A DNA stretch of 64,000 nucleotides from contig OX597814.1 in NCBI GenBank assembly GCA_951406725.2, positions 122,946,001 to 123,010,000 on the forward strand. The letters are read 5' to 3'. Source of the stretch: Octopus vulgaris. Its lineage: Eukaryota. Both the position numbers and the translations under genes were made by a program. The stretch's first letter is position 1. Each line of letters opens with the position of its first letter. This document shows positions 13,971-24,059 of the stretch, one piece after another. Below the pieces are notes generated by a model. The model was not told the DNA's origin. It ran no database searches and worked only from the letters and a program-made list of their open reading frames with translations.

Positions 13971-15469
13971 GTTAAGATAAAACAAAATTTCAGATAGTTT
14001 TTATTTATTTCATCATATATAAAAAAAAATTTATATATATTTACATCATGGAACATTATTATTTGCTTTTCAAGTTTTATAGATATTTTAAAATTCTTCA
14101 GAACTTTTTAGGAACAACTTGTTATTCCCCTAGATAGAGTATGTCTTCTAATTTTATATATTTTCGTTTAATATACATTGTGTATTGTGTGTTGGCAAAC
14201 TGTTCGACAATTAGTCACATGGCTTGGATTTCACTGTGTGTTAGTCTGTAAAGCATAGGTTTAGAGAAGCTAACTGATCAAATAAGGATTAATGTAGCTT
14301 CTCACTATGCGCGGTTTATATAGCTGAGTGATGTTAATATTAACAGATGGCAAACAAAATCGCTAGAGCAAAGATAATACTTAGTGAAAGTGTTCACAGC
14401 TGCCCAAGGCTCATTTACAGGAACGAAACGCTCCATTCTCTACTGCTTATTTCCTCTCAAGAGCTCCTACGAAATTGTTGGTGAATCAATTTATCAGAAA
14501 TACGGGTGCGAGTGAATATTTGGACATGTGTTATGAAATGAGAAAAATAACCCATTAAGTGATCTCGTAGTGAAATCATTTCGTTGTTTGGTTTCGTTTT
14601 GTTATTTTTCATTCTATACGCATATTAATAGAGGTGTAGTTATTTTTGCATATAGAAAATCAATTAACATGTGTAAACAGCAAAGTGAAAGAAATGCGGG
14701 ATGTCTCTCAGCTAACATTTACAGAGTTTGATAACATTAGAAAACTCTATAAAGCATGTATGAATAAATATATGTTGGCGCAATGAAAGATTAAAATATT
14801 AAGTTGATGTCACTAAAACATACCTCTGTTACACAAATGCTAGATTTCGCCGTGATAAATGTTATCTACTCCAACGACAAGATTACGTCAATGACGCCAT
14901 GCTGCACTTCTTTTTACTTCTTACTCTATACTGAAAACGAACAGTTTCTATAAACAGAAATCTCATCTTTCCAAACAATTATGAAGACATGACACACCTA
15001 CTGCCATCACCAGCACTAAATCACATCCATTCTATATCTAAAATAAGCAAATCACATTTACTACATATGCTTATGTAAAATCTACGTGTAATCTACAAGC
15101 CAATGATGGGGAAGGCCACCACCTGATACAAATAGTTGATCAGATATTTCTAGCACTTATTTACAGCTTTGAGAACTGGGATATATAAAAGTTAAGTGCC
15201 TCTCTGAAGATCTTTCTGTTTGCAACCCTACACACTTACCATACAGCCAGTTACGGCAGTCAGTAAGCGCTAAAAAAATTCTTGAAAAATTTATCATCTT
15301 CTAAAATGTTAAGAATAATAGTAAATGCTAGAAATATCAGGAAAATTTCATTCACATCATACCTTACTGTATTAAGATGTTTAGAATACACTGAATAGTC
15401 CTAGATACATGGTGTGTAAAAGGAAGACGGGATAACGACACTTAATCATTGAGATGTGAAGACAAACAC

Positions 15470-16047
15470 TTTTCTACTCTAGGTACAAGGCCTGAAATTT
15501 GGGGGTAGTAGGCTAGTCGATTTTATCGGCCCCAGTACGCAACTGGTACTTATTTTATCGACCCCGTAAGGATGAAAGGCAAAGTCGACCTCGGCGGAAT
15601 TTGAACTCAGAACATAAAGACAGACGAAATACCTATTTCCTTACTACCCACAAGAGGCTAAAAATAGAGTGGACACACAAGGACAGACAAAGAGAGTAAG
15701 TCGATTACATCGACCCCAGTGCGTAACTGCTACTTAATCTATCGACCCCGAAAGGATGAAAGGCAAAGTCGACCTCGGCGGAATTTGAACTCAGACGTAT
15801 TGGCAGACGAAATACCAATTTCTTTACTACCCACAAGGGGCTAAACACAGAGAGGACAAACAAGGACAGAACAACGGATTAAGTCGATTATATCGACTCC
15901 AGTGCGTAACTGGTACTTATTTAATCGACTACGAAAGGATGAAAGGCAAAGTCGACCTCGGCGGAATTTGAACTCAGAACGTAGCGGCAGACGAAATACC
16001 GTTAAGCATTTCGCCCGGCGTGCTAACGTTTCTGCCAGCTCACCACC
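15470..16047 (-). mobile_element. SINE family A trimer
   Basis: One head plus three body units containing gatgaaaggcaaagtcgacctcggcggaatttgaactcag. Confidence 0.9.
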
Positions 16048-16056
16048 ATATTTTTT

Positions 16057-16219
16057 TGTGGCGAAAGAGTCAGCAGAAGTTCACCATTACCTTCTGCCGG
16101 AACCGCGTGGGACTTAGGTGTTTCGCTCATAAACCCACACATCGCCCGGTCTAAGATTCGAACTCGCGATCCCTCGACCGCGAGTCCGCTGCTCTAACCA
16201 CTAGGCCATGTGCCTCCAC
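16057..16219 (-). mobile_element. tRNA-derived SINE family C, 5' half
   Basis: Minus strand gtggaggcacatggcctagtggttagagc..gagttcgaatct has clear A/B boxes. Homologous to 29305-29464. Confidence 0.8.
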
Positions 16220-17195
16220 TAAAGACAAACACTTACTGAACAGACTCTACATGCTCATCTTCGGCTCTAAACTGCAATTATTCTTTTAGAAACGTTTCAC
16301 ATTAGAATACTGATAACAATGGCGAAAAGTTTCTTCCATTGGCATCTTCTATTGGCATTCAAGAGAAACGAAAATCCTTGATATGCAAATTATCACAGAG
16401 TATTATTCCCCTTACTCTGAGCTTTTATTCAACTGATTCAGTCTCTGTCTGTTTTATAGCTATTACAATGTTCTCAGATTCTAACGTACCTTGTTCTATT
16501 GTAAATGCTCTCAGTACACTGATCTCTTCTCAGCTTGTCCGTTTGTATTTCAGTCCATCACACAGTCAAACCGGAACTTCATTCTATTAGAACTTCCTTC
16601 CAGTCAGTGTTTCCATACACTTTCATACTCGGTTTTTGTACTCTTTCAATAATTAATCCGTAAATAAATTGTTAAATAAAAGAATGCAGAACAGAAACCA
16701 TAGCGATGCGGAATAATAATAGTTACAGATTATAAAATTTAAAATATTGACATAAATAATCTACTTCGAAAATATTCCAAGAAAAACTTTGAAATGTAAT
16801 TTTAATTTCACAAACAACATTATGAAAGATATCGCATGGAAGCTCTGGGCTAGCTGAAACCATACAATTGTAGTATTAATGAAACTGATCAAATTTAAAT
16901 TATAAAAAAAGAAGTCTTATTCAACATATTAGCGGCTATATTGCAATGTGTCTATCAAATTTGAAATCCTCTGTTCTTAATTTGATTATATACTTTTTCT
17001 TCCAGAAAGATTAGAGGCAAGGTCGAAAGAACATCAAGAGAACAAACAGAATTTTAAAAAATAAGAAGTATAGATGATGAAAGGCTATAACAGGAATTAA
17101 GCTAAGGTTACAGAGGGAACACATAATCAATTAGTTTCTAACTGAACATCTTCAAAAGTTCTGGAGACGTTTAATAGTGTATACATATGTATGTA

Positions 17196-18118
17196 TTGGG
17201 TTGTCCGGAAAGTTCGTGCCGATTTTTAAAGGAAAGAAAAAGGTCAATAAATACTTGCCATTACATTTTTAATCAACTAAATATGAAACATTTTGTTGCG
17301 CAATGCGTCTCCATCTTTCCTTTAATTTGAAAATAACCTCTTCCCAGAATTGAGGTGGTTTCGTGGCAAAGAATTGATCAAGGTATCTTTTTATGTCATC
17401 CAAGGAATTGAAATTTTTACCAATAAGACTATTCTGCAGAGACCTGAATAAGTGGAAATCCGAAGGACCAATATTTGGTGAATATGGAGGGTGGGAAAAT
17501 ACATCCCAGCAATTTTTGTCTGGTTTCTAAAACAACACCCTTCTGATCGTTTCTCTTGAATTGCTGCTTTTAACTCGTCCAGTTGTGTGCAGTATTTCTC
17601 AGAGTTAATTGTCTGGTTACTTGGGAGAACCTCATAGTACAGGATTCCTTTCCAATCCCACCAGACACAAAGCAAGACGTTTTTAGGGTGAAGACCCACT
17701 TTTGGGATGGCTAAGGGTGGCTCATGTCGCTTACCCCAGGATTGCTTTCTCTGAACATTTCGGTAGATAATCCTTTTCTCAGCACCAGTCACAATTTGCT
17801 TTAAAAAAGGCGTTTTCATTCCGTTTATAAAGTGAATCACAGATGGAAATGCGATCCAAAAGGTTCTTCTCACTCAACTCGTACCCAAACATCGTAGCGA
17901 TTTGTGTACCCAAGCTTTACCAGGTGCTCATGAACGACGGATTTTGATAGGTTGAGGCTTTCTGCCACTTCTCGGGTTGTGCAATGTGGGTTATTCTCAA
18001 TTAATGACTTGATTTGGTCATCATCTGTAGTGGATGGTCTGCATGATCGCTTTTCATCAGTAAAGCTACAATCTCCAGCTCGGAACCTTGCGAACCACTT
18101 CTGTACAGTTCTTTCGGA
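17196..18118 (-). mobile_element. Mariner element, 5'-truncated, decayed transposase
   Basis: TIR ta|ttgggttgtccggaaagttcgtgccgattt. Motifs ERTVQKWFARF, IVTGAEKR, LHPKNVLLCVWWD and HPPYSPNIGPSDFHLF. The region of the second catalytic Asp is deleted. Confidence 0.92.
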
Positions 18119-18119
18119 G

Positions 18120-18238
18120 TAACGCTGCGATGGACTGGCGTCCCATCCAGCTGGGGGGAACACATACGCCACAGGAACCGGGAAACCGGGCCAATGAGCC
18201 TGGCTAGGCTTGAAAAGGGCGCATAAATAAAAACAAAT
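18120..18238 (+). mobile_element. SINE 3' fragment with V-domain-like motif (possibly the 3' part of family C)
   Basis: gctgcgatggactggcgtcccatccag...ggaaaccggg..atgagcc followed by an A-rich tail. It abuts the mariner truncation. Confidence 0.55.
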
Positions 18239-18249
18239 AATAATTTCAA

Positions 18250-18720
18250 AGGAACAGAGACTGTGGGAGCAGTGATGCACAAAGCAAAGCGAGGACACGA
18301 TTTGGTATTAGTCTAGTTGTTGTGGTAAACACTTTCTTATTGTGCAAACTCACTTTCATTTGTAGGTTGTCTGCATTGTGTAGAGTTTCTGTGTCAGTCG
18401 AACGTTCAGTTTTACAGAACAGAAATTAATTAGAACCTTTAATAAAACATTAATAGTGTCAGGTTGATAGGAGTCAACCAAGAGGAAATGACATCGATTC
18501 TGATAGATTTGTAACCATTGAATAAGAATTAGTTGTTCGTAGATAAATAATTCAACTAAGTTCGGAAATAGCAGAAGGCAATTTAGAAGGAATAGAGAAA
18601 CCTGCAAAGACTGTATAAATGCTCTGTTGTTCTTAATAAATCTATAGAGCATAGATATCATATATTTATTACTTAATCTGCTTTAGTCTGTTCTGATAAG
18701 GTCTTGACTGGCCTTCGGGA
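18250..18720 (-). pseudogene. Old Penelope-like RT/thumb remnant
   Basis: PNLVELFIYEQLILIQWLQIY resembles ANLFM---E---W-RYIDD. Downstream LCFVHHCSHSLCS resembles YL-F-S-HP. Confidence 0.3.
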
Positions 18721-18795
18721 TTTCATTAAAACTGTTTCCTTTACAAACACATAACAGAACTTGTTCTCATACTCTCTGTCTTTCCTCCCTTTTTC

Positions 18796-18851
<56 letters not shown>

Positions 18852-18909
18852 ATCTCTCTCTCTCTATCTCTCTCTCTCTCTCAATATATATATATATATT
18901 TTTTTTTTC

Positions 18910-19140
18910 TTTTGTTTTCTTATACATGTTTCATTCATTTAACTGTGGCCATGCTGGAGCACCTTCTTTAAGTCGAACAAATCCACCCCAGTGCTTATTT
19001 TTCTAAACTTAGTACTTATTCTATCGGTCTCTATTGCCGAACCGCTAACTGACGGGGACGTAAACACACCAGCATCGGTTGTCAAGCGATGTTGTGGGGA
19101 CAAACACAGACACACAAACATATACACTCACACACACATA
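18910..19140 (-). mobile_element. SINE family B 3' half; its central (TA)n holds the PLE insertion
   Basis: ggccatgctggagcacc..gccgaaccgctaa..ggggacgtaaacacacc, then (CA)n(TA)n. Confidence 0.85.
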
Positions 19141-19142
19141 TA

Positions 19143-19233
<91 letters not shown>

Positions 19234-19282
19234 AAACAAGTAAAAAATAGAAAATGCTAAAATAATTTTATAGTGAACATTT

Positions 19283-19320
19283 CAGTACCGGTTTCGGTCA
19301 TTTTGAGACCTTTTCAACTG
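19283..19320 (-). ncRNA. Minimal type I hammerhead ribozyme, U3-A8 core variant
   Basis: Minus strand CAG-UUGAAAA-GGUC(UCAAAAU)GACC-GAAAC-CG-GUA-CUG: stems I and II, GAAA, NUH triplet and palindromic ACCGGU stem III. Confidence 0.75.
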
Positions 19321-19674
19321 TAACGATTAAATAATTAAATTTAGAAAAATTAGAAGAAAAGTTTTTTTAAAACAATATTTCTATAGTAGTGTTCAGATTT
19401 AAGTGGCATTCTGCCTTTCTCTGACTCCCTTGTTTGCACTTGTGTGTTCGAGGTAGTTGTGAGTTCTTGGTAGGGTAGTAGAGGGAAGGCTGGTGAGGAA
19501 AGGGGGTGGGAGAATCTGGGAGTGCCCTGATGGTCGTATTTTGAATGGTCAGTGGCGGCTGGCAGTCTCAGTTCAATTCAGGAGAATATTTATATCGACA
19601 GGCTTGTTTATAGAATTAGCGTAGGTGTTATACTAAAAAACATTAGTGACAAACTTAAGGGGTAGGGGGTGGAG

Positions 19675-19922
19675 AGAAGAAGAAGAAGAAGAAGAAGAAG
19701 AAGAAGAAGAAGAAGAAGAAGAAGGAGAAGGAGAAGGAGAAGATGATGGTGATGGTGGTGATGATTATGACGACGATGATGATGATAACGATGATGATGA
19801 AGAAGAAGAAGAAGAAGAAGAAGGAGGAGAAGGAGAAGATGGTGGTGATGATGGTGGCGATGATGATGACGCCGATGATGATGATAACGATGATGATGAA
19901 GAAGAAGAAGAAGAAAAAAACA
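19675..19922. repeat. (GAA)n/(GAT)n compound microsatellite inside the PLE 3' UTR
   Basis: Mirrored at 22415-22660 in the inverted arm. Confidence 0.9.
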
Positions 19923-20047
19923 GAGAAGGGAGAATATGAATGGGTGTAAATATAGCTATGAAGGGGCTGATTAGTAATGGATTCTATGGAGTGTAGTATT
20001 TGTGTGTGTATATATATTTTTTTCTTTTATTCTAAAGTTGAGGTATA

Positions 20048-21427
20048 TTAATTGTTTGTCGTAGACCCGTTAAGAAGTGGCTTGTATTTTGTAATAAAGA
20101 GATTTTCTTTACTTATTCTTTGTCTCGAGGTTGTATCGTCCCTAAATTGGTAGAGGGGGAAAATTCTGAAGTTTGGTGTTTTTTTGTTGGCGCAAGTATC
20201 TATGTGTTGGCTAAAAGCTATTTTTCTGTTTTGGGGAATTTTTATCTGGGATCTGTGCAGGGCCATTCGTTTACGCAAACCATTTTTTGTTTGGCCTATG
20301 TACTGCTCTTGACACCCGGAGCAGGTTAGTGAGTATATTAGGTTCTCCGAAGCACATGTGAAGTTGCTTTTCACTGTAAACCGTTGTCCCTGTTTGAAGG
20401 AGAACTCAGAACCCTCGATTAGATAGTCGCATATCCCGCAATTGGGTCTTCCACATTTTTTTACTGTCGGCTTCTGTGTTGAAGAGTGAATTCGGGCTTG
20501 TGTAAGGAGACTTTTCATGGATCTAGGCTGTCTTTTGCTTTTTATGATCGTGTGTGTTTGGAGGATTGTGTTCATTCTGTGGTCTTTTTTTAGGAGGGGT
20601 ATGTTGTGGAGGATGGTGTCGAAGGCTTCGTTATTGAGAGGGTTGTGTGTGGAGATGTATGGTAAGGCTTTTGGTTGTAAGTTTTTCTTTGATTTGGGAT
20701 GTCTCAGTTCCTTGATGTTAAGTTGAAGGGCACGTTGAATGCACTTGTCAATAAGTGAAGGTGGATAGTTCCTGGTGATTAGGGTATCTTTTAGTTCTTG
20801 TAGTCGTGTGTCTCTGGTGTTTGCGTTAGAGACTATAGTGCATATCCTTTTTGCTAGATTGAAGGGGATATTCATCCTGGTGTGTCTGGGGTGGCATGAA
20901 TTGAATGGAAGATATTGCTTAGAGTCTGTAGGCTTATAGTATATGTCTGTTTCTATTATATTATTAGCTTTCTTAATGAGGATATCGAGGAAGGGGAGTT
21001 GTTGTTGGCTATATTCCATCGTGAATTGGATGTTTACGTCCAGTCCGTTTAAAATTTTCTGGAATTCTATGAGTTTTTCTATATTTTTATGCCAAATGAT
21101 GAAACAGTCATCTAGATATCTCTTCCAGTTGTTTTCTATGTAGATGGAGAAAGGGCTGCCATATCTTTCTAGAACCTTACGATACAGACTGATCTCTAGG
21201 TATCCTATGACTAGGTTGGCAAAGGAGGGGGCCATTCGTGTACCCATCGCAGTCCCCGATTTTTGTCGGTAGAAGTTGTCATTGAAGGCGAAGAAGTTAT
21301 TTTCCAGGATGAATTTAACCCCTTCTATCACAAATTCTTTTTTGATGCGGTGTGGTAGTTCGTTGGCGTGATTCTCTAGCCAGAATTGGATTGCCTCTAG
21401 TCCTAGGTTGTGGGGGATATTGGAGTA
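20048..21427 (-). CDS. PLE reverse transcriptase (partial) plus GIY-YIG endonuclease, uninterrupted frame
   Basis: The 427 aa ORF extends upstream without stops to the junction. RT motifs QKSGTAMGT and WKRYLDDCF; endonuclease NLIYSLTCSGCQEQYIGQT..RMALH..SQH (CCHH). Confidence 0.9.
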   Translation of the reverse strand, partial: YSNIPHNLGLEAIQFWLENHANELPHRIKKEFVIEGVKFILENNFFAFNDNFYRQKSGTAMGTRMAPSFANLVIGYLEISLYRKVLERYGSPFSIYIENNWKRYLDDCFIIWHKNIEKLIEFQKILNGLDVNIQFTMEYSQQQLPFLDILIKKANNIIETDIYYKPTDSKQYLPFNSCHPRHTRMNIPFNLAKRICTIVSNANTRDTRLQELKDTLITRNYPPSLIDKCIQRALQLNIKELRHPKSKKNLQPKALPYISTHNPLNNEAFDTILHNIPLLKKDHRMNTILQTHTIIKSKRQPRSMKSLLTQARIHSSTQKPTVKKCGRPNCGICDYLIEGSEFSFKQGQRFTVKSNFTCASENLIYSLTCSGCQEQYIGQTKNGLRKRMALHRSQIKIPQNRKIAFSQHIDTCANKKTPNFRIFPLYQFRDDTTSRQRISKENLFITKYKPLLNGSTTNN

Positions 21428-22291
21428 CTTCCATTCAATTCATGCCACCCCAGACACACCAGGATGAATATCCCCTTCAATCTAGCAAAAAGGATATGCA
21501 CTATAGTCTCTAACGCAAACACCAGAGACACACGACTACAAGAACTAAAAGATACCCTAATCACCAGGAACTATCCACCTTCACTTATTGACAAGTGCAT
21601 TCAACGTGCCCTTCAACTTAACATCAAGGAACTGAGACATCCCAAATCAAAGAAAAACTTACAACCAAAAGCCTTACCATACATCTCCACACACAACCCT
21701 CTCAATAACGAAGCCTTCGACACCATCCTCCACAACATACCCCTCCTAAAAAAAGACCACAGAATGAACACAATCCTCCAAACACACACGATCATAAAAA
21801 GCAAAAGACAGCCTAGATCCATGAAAAGTCTCCTTACACAAGCCCGAATTCACTCTTCAACACAGAAGCCGACAGTAAAAAAATGTGGAAGACCCAATTG
21901 CGGGATATGCGACTATCTAATCGAGGGTTCTGAGTTCTCCTTCAAACAGGGACAACGGTTTACAGTGAAAAGCAACTTCACATGTGCTTCGGAGAACCTA
22001 ATATACTCACTAACCTGCTCCGGGTGTCAAGAGCAGTACATAGGCCAAACAAAAAATGGTTTGCGTAAACGAATGGCCCTGCACAGATCCCAGATAAAAA
22101 TTCCCCAAAACAGAAAAATAGCTTTTAGCCAACACATAGATACTTGCGCCAACAAAAAAACATCAAACTTCAGAATTTTCCCCCTCTACCAATTTAGGGA
22201 CGATACAACCTCGAGACAAAGAATAAGTAAAGAAAATCTCTTTATTACAAAATACAAGCCACTTCTTAACGGGTCTACGACAAACAATTAA
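21428..22291 (+). CDS. PLE thumb/linker/GIY-YIG endonuclease coding segment (5'-truncated)
   Basis: The 293 aa ORF is identical to the left-arm C-terminus except one residue. Its first six codons derive from the junction. Confidence 0.8.
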   Translation, partial: LPFNSCHPRHTRMNIPFNLAKRICTIVSNANTRDTRLQELKDTLITRNYPPSLIDKCIQRALQLNIKELRHPKSKKNLQPKALPYISTHNPLNNEAFDTILHNIPLLKKDHRMNTILQTHTIIKSKRQPRSMKSLLTQARIHSSTQKPTVKKCGRPNCGICDYLIEGSEFSFKQGQRFTVKSNFTCASENLIYSLTCSGCQEQYIGQTKNGLRKRMALHRSQIKIPQNRKIAFSQHIDTCANKKTSNFRIFPLYQFRDDTTSRQRISKENLFITKYKPLLNGSTTNN

Positions 22292-23010
22292 TATACCTCA
22301 ACTTTAGAATAAAAGAAAAAAATATATATACACACACAAATACTACACTCCATAGAATCCATTACTAATCAGCCCCTTCATAGCTATATTTACACCCATT
22401 CATATTCTCCCTTCTCTCTTTTTTTCTTCTTCTTCTTCTTCATCATCATCGTTATCATCATCATCGGCGTCATCATCATCGCCACCATCATCACCACCAT
22501 CTTCTCCTTCTCCTCCTTCTTCTTCTTCTTCTTCTTCATCATCATCGTTATCATCATCATCGTCGTCATAATCATCACCACCATCACCATCATCTTCTCC
22601 TTCTCCTTCTCCTTCTTCTTCTTCTTCTTCTTCTTCTTCTTCTTCTTCTTCTTCTTCTCCACCCCCTACCCCTTAAGTTTGTCACTAATGTTTTTTAGTA
22701 TAACACCTACGCTAATTCTATAAACAAGCCTGTCGATATAAATATTCTCCTGAATTGAACTGAGACTGCCAGCCGCCACTGACCATTCAAAATACGACCA
22801 TCAGGGCACTCCCAGATTCTCCCACCCCCTTTCCTCACCAGCCTTCCCTCTACTACCCTACCAAGAACTCACAACTACCTCGAACACACAAGTGCAAACA
22901 AGGGAGTCAGAGAAAGGCAGAATGCCACTTAAATCTGAACACTACTATAGAAATATTGTTTTAAAAAAACTTTTCTTCTAATTTTTCTAAATTTAATTAT
23001 TTAATCGTTA

Positions 23011-23048
23011 CAGTTGAAAAGGTCTCAAAATGACCGAAACCGGTACTG
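23011..23048 (+). ncRNA. Minimal type I hammerhead ribozyme, U3-A8 core variant
   Basis: cag ttgaaaa ggtc tcaaaat gacc gaaac cg gta ctg in the PLE 3' UTR, 60-90 nt before the element end. Confidence 0.75.
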
Positions 23049-23161
23049 AAATGTTCACTATAAAATTATTTTAGCATTTTCTATTTTTTACTTGTTTTTT
23101 CATATATATCAACTCGTGTGTTCCTTTTCACCCTTATACATATATATATATATATATACAT

Positions 23162-23211
<50 letters not shown>

Positions 23212-23637
23212 TTATATATATATATATTTTTACAGTTGCCCCTTGATTTATACGCTTTCATGAATTTGGTTTTAATCTTATATTTCCAAACAAAATTCTT
23301 CGTTGATATATACGAAAACAATTCCCTTATTGGCAAGTCTTGAAATATGATAAATAGTGCCATTATAATAGGCTTCATTTTCTAACTTTCATTATTTTCA
23401 TTAGCTTTCATTACCCCTCTTTGATTGTGGGTCCTCCTTATAACCACAGTACCCATATGTTTGTGTGTGTGTGTGTGTGTAAGTGTGGTACACATACACA
23501 CGATTATTATTCCCGTTTCAACAAATAATTCTTTAAATATCATTTGTCATTTTTAATAAGAGCCTCATTAAAGCGTATCTTCAAGTTGCGCGATGATTCG
23601 CGGAATCAACTTGATGTGTAAAACAAGTGACAATTGC

Positions 23638-23733
<96 letters not shown>
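23638..23733. repeat. (GATA)n microsatellite
   Basis: Directly visible. Confidence 0.95.
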
Positions 23734-23734
<1 letters not shown>

Positions 23735-23810
23735 TTTATATTAAGTGCATTACTATACATAAATGCCTCGCGCTTAAAGTCAAAACTACCATAATAAACA
23801 CATTGTACCA

Positions 23811-23929
23811 AACGCGAGGGAATATGATTTCATAATTAGTGCACAAAATGCACTAATTATGAAATCATATTATCTGCAACTGAATCTGGTTATAAAAGGC
23901 TCGCTTCGAGAGTTGCATTCCCTCGCGTT
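23811..23929. other. Nested inverted-repeat structure (three stems)
   Basis: Outer aacgcgagggaat/attccctcgcgtt; perfect 23 bp hairpin 23821-23843/23849-23871 with a caaaa loop; third stem tgcaact/agttgca. Confidence 0.85.
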
Positions 23930-24059
23930 GTCATGGTCATAACGGTCCCCTTTAATCGGCTATCAAACCCATGACTATTTGATGGAGTTTGATTGGGCTC
24001 CTGTTTTAAAACAAAGTCGGGATTAGGACAACCAATATAGTAGACTAAAACTGAATTCA

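Larger units (their letters stand above)
19222..21428 (-). mobile_element. Penelope-like retroelement (Neptune-type), 5'-truncated left arm
   Basis: Open frame from YSNIPHNLG through GTAMGT, RYLDD, LPFLD, YKPTD, a CxxxxCxxC linker and the GIY-YIG domain, then ~820 bp of 3' UTR ending in (TA)n. Confidence 0.95.
21428..23140 (+). mobile_element. Penelope-like retroelement right arm (inverted duplicate of 19222-20911)
   Basis: Near-exact reverse complement of the left arm starting at LPFNSCHP. One amino-acid difference (KKTP/KKTS) plus microsatellite differences. Extends ~30 bp further at the 3' end. Confidence 0.95.

Noticed and set aside
15470-16047. Regularly spaced repeats resembling a CRISPR array
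   Set aside because: The units are ~170-190 bp SINE bodies with no unique spacers, and the context is eukaryotic.
16140-16219. Possible tRNA gene
   Set aside because: It has A/B boxes but no proper acceptor stem, and continues into a body shared with 29305-29464, so it is a SINE head.
19646-19939. 97 aa acidic poly-E/D ORF antisense to the PLE
   Set aside because: It is a translation of the GAA/GAT microsatellite with a GTG start, and is not preserved in the 33 kb copy.
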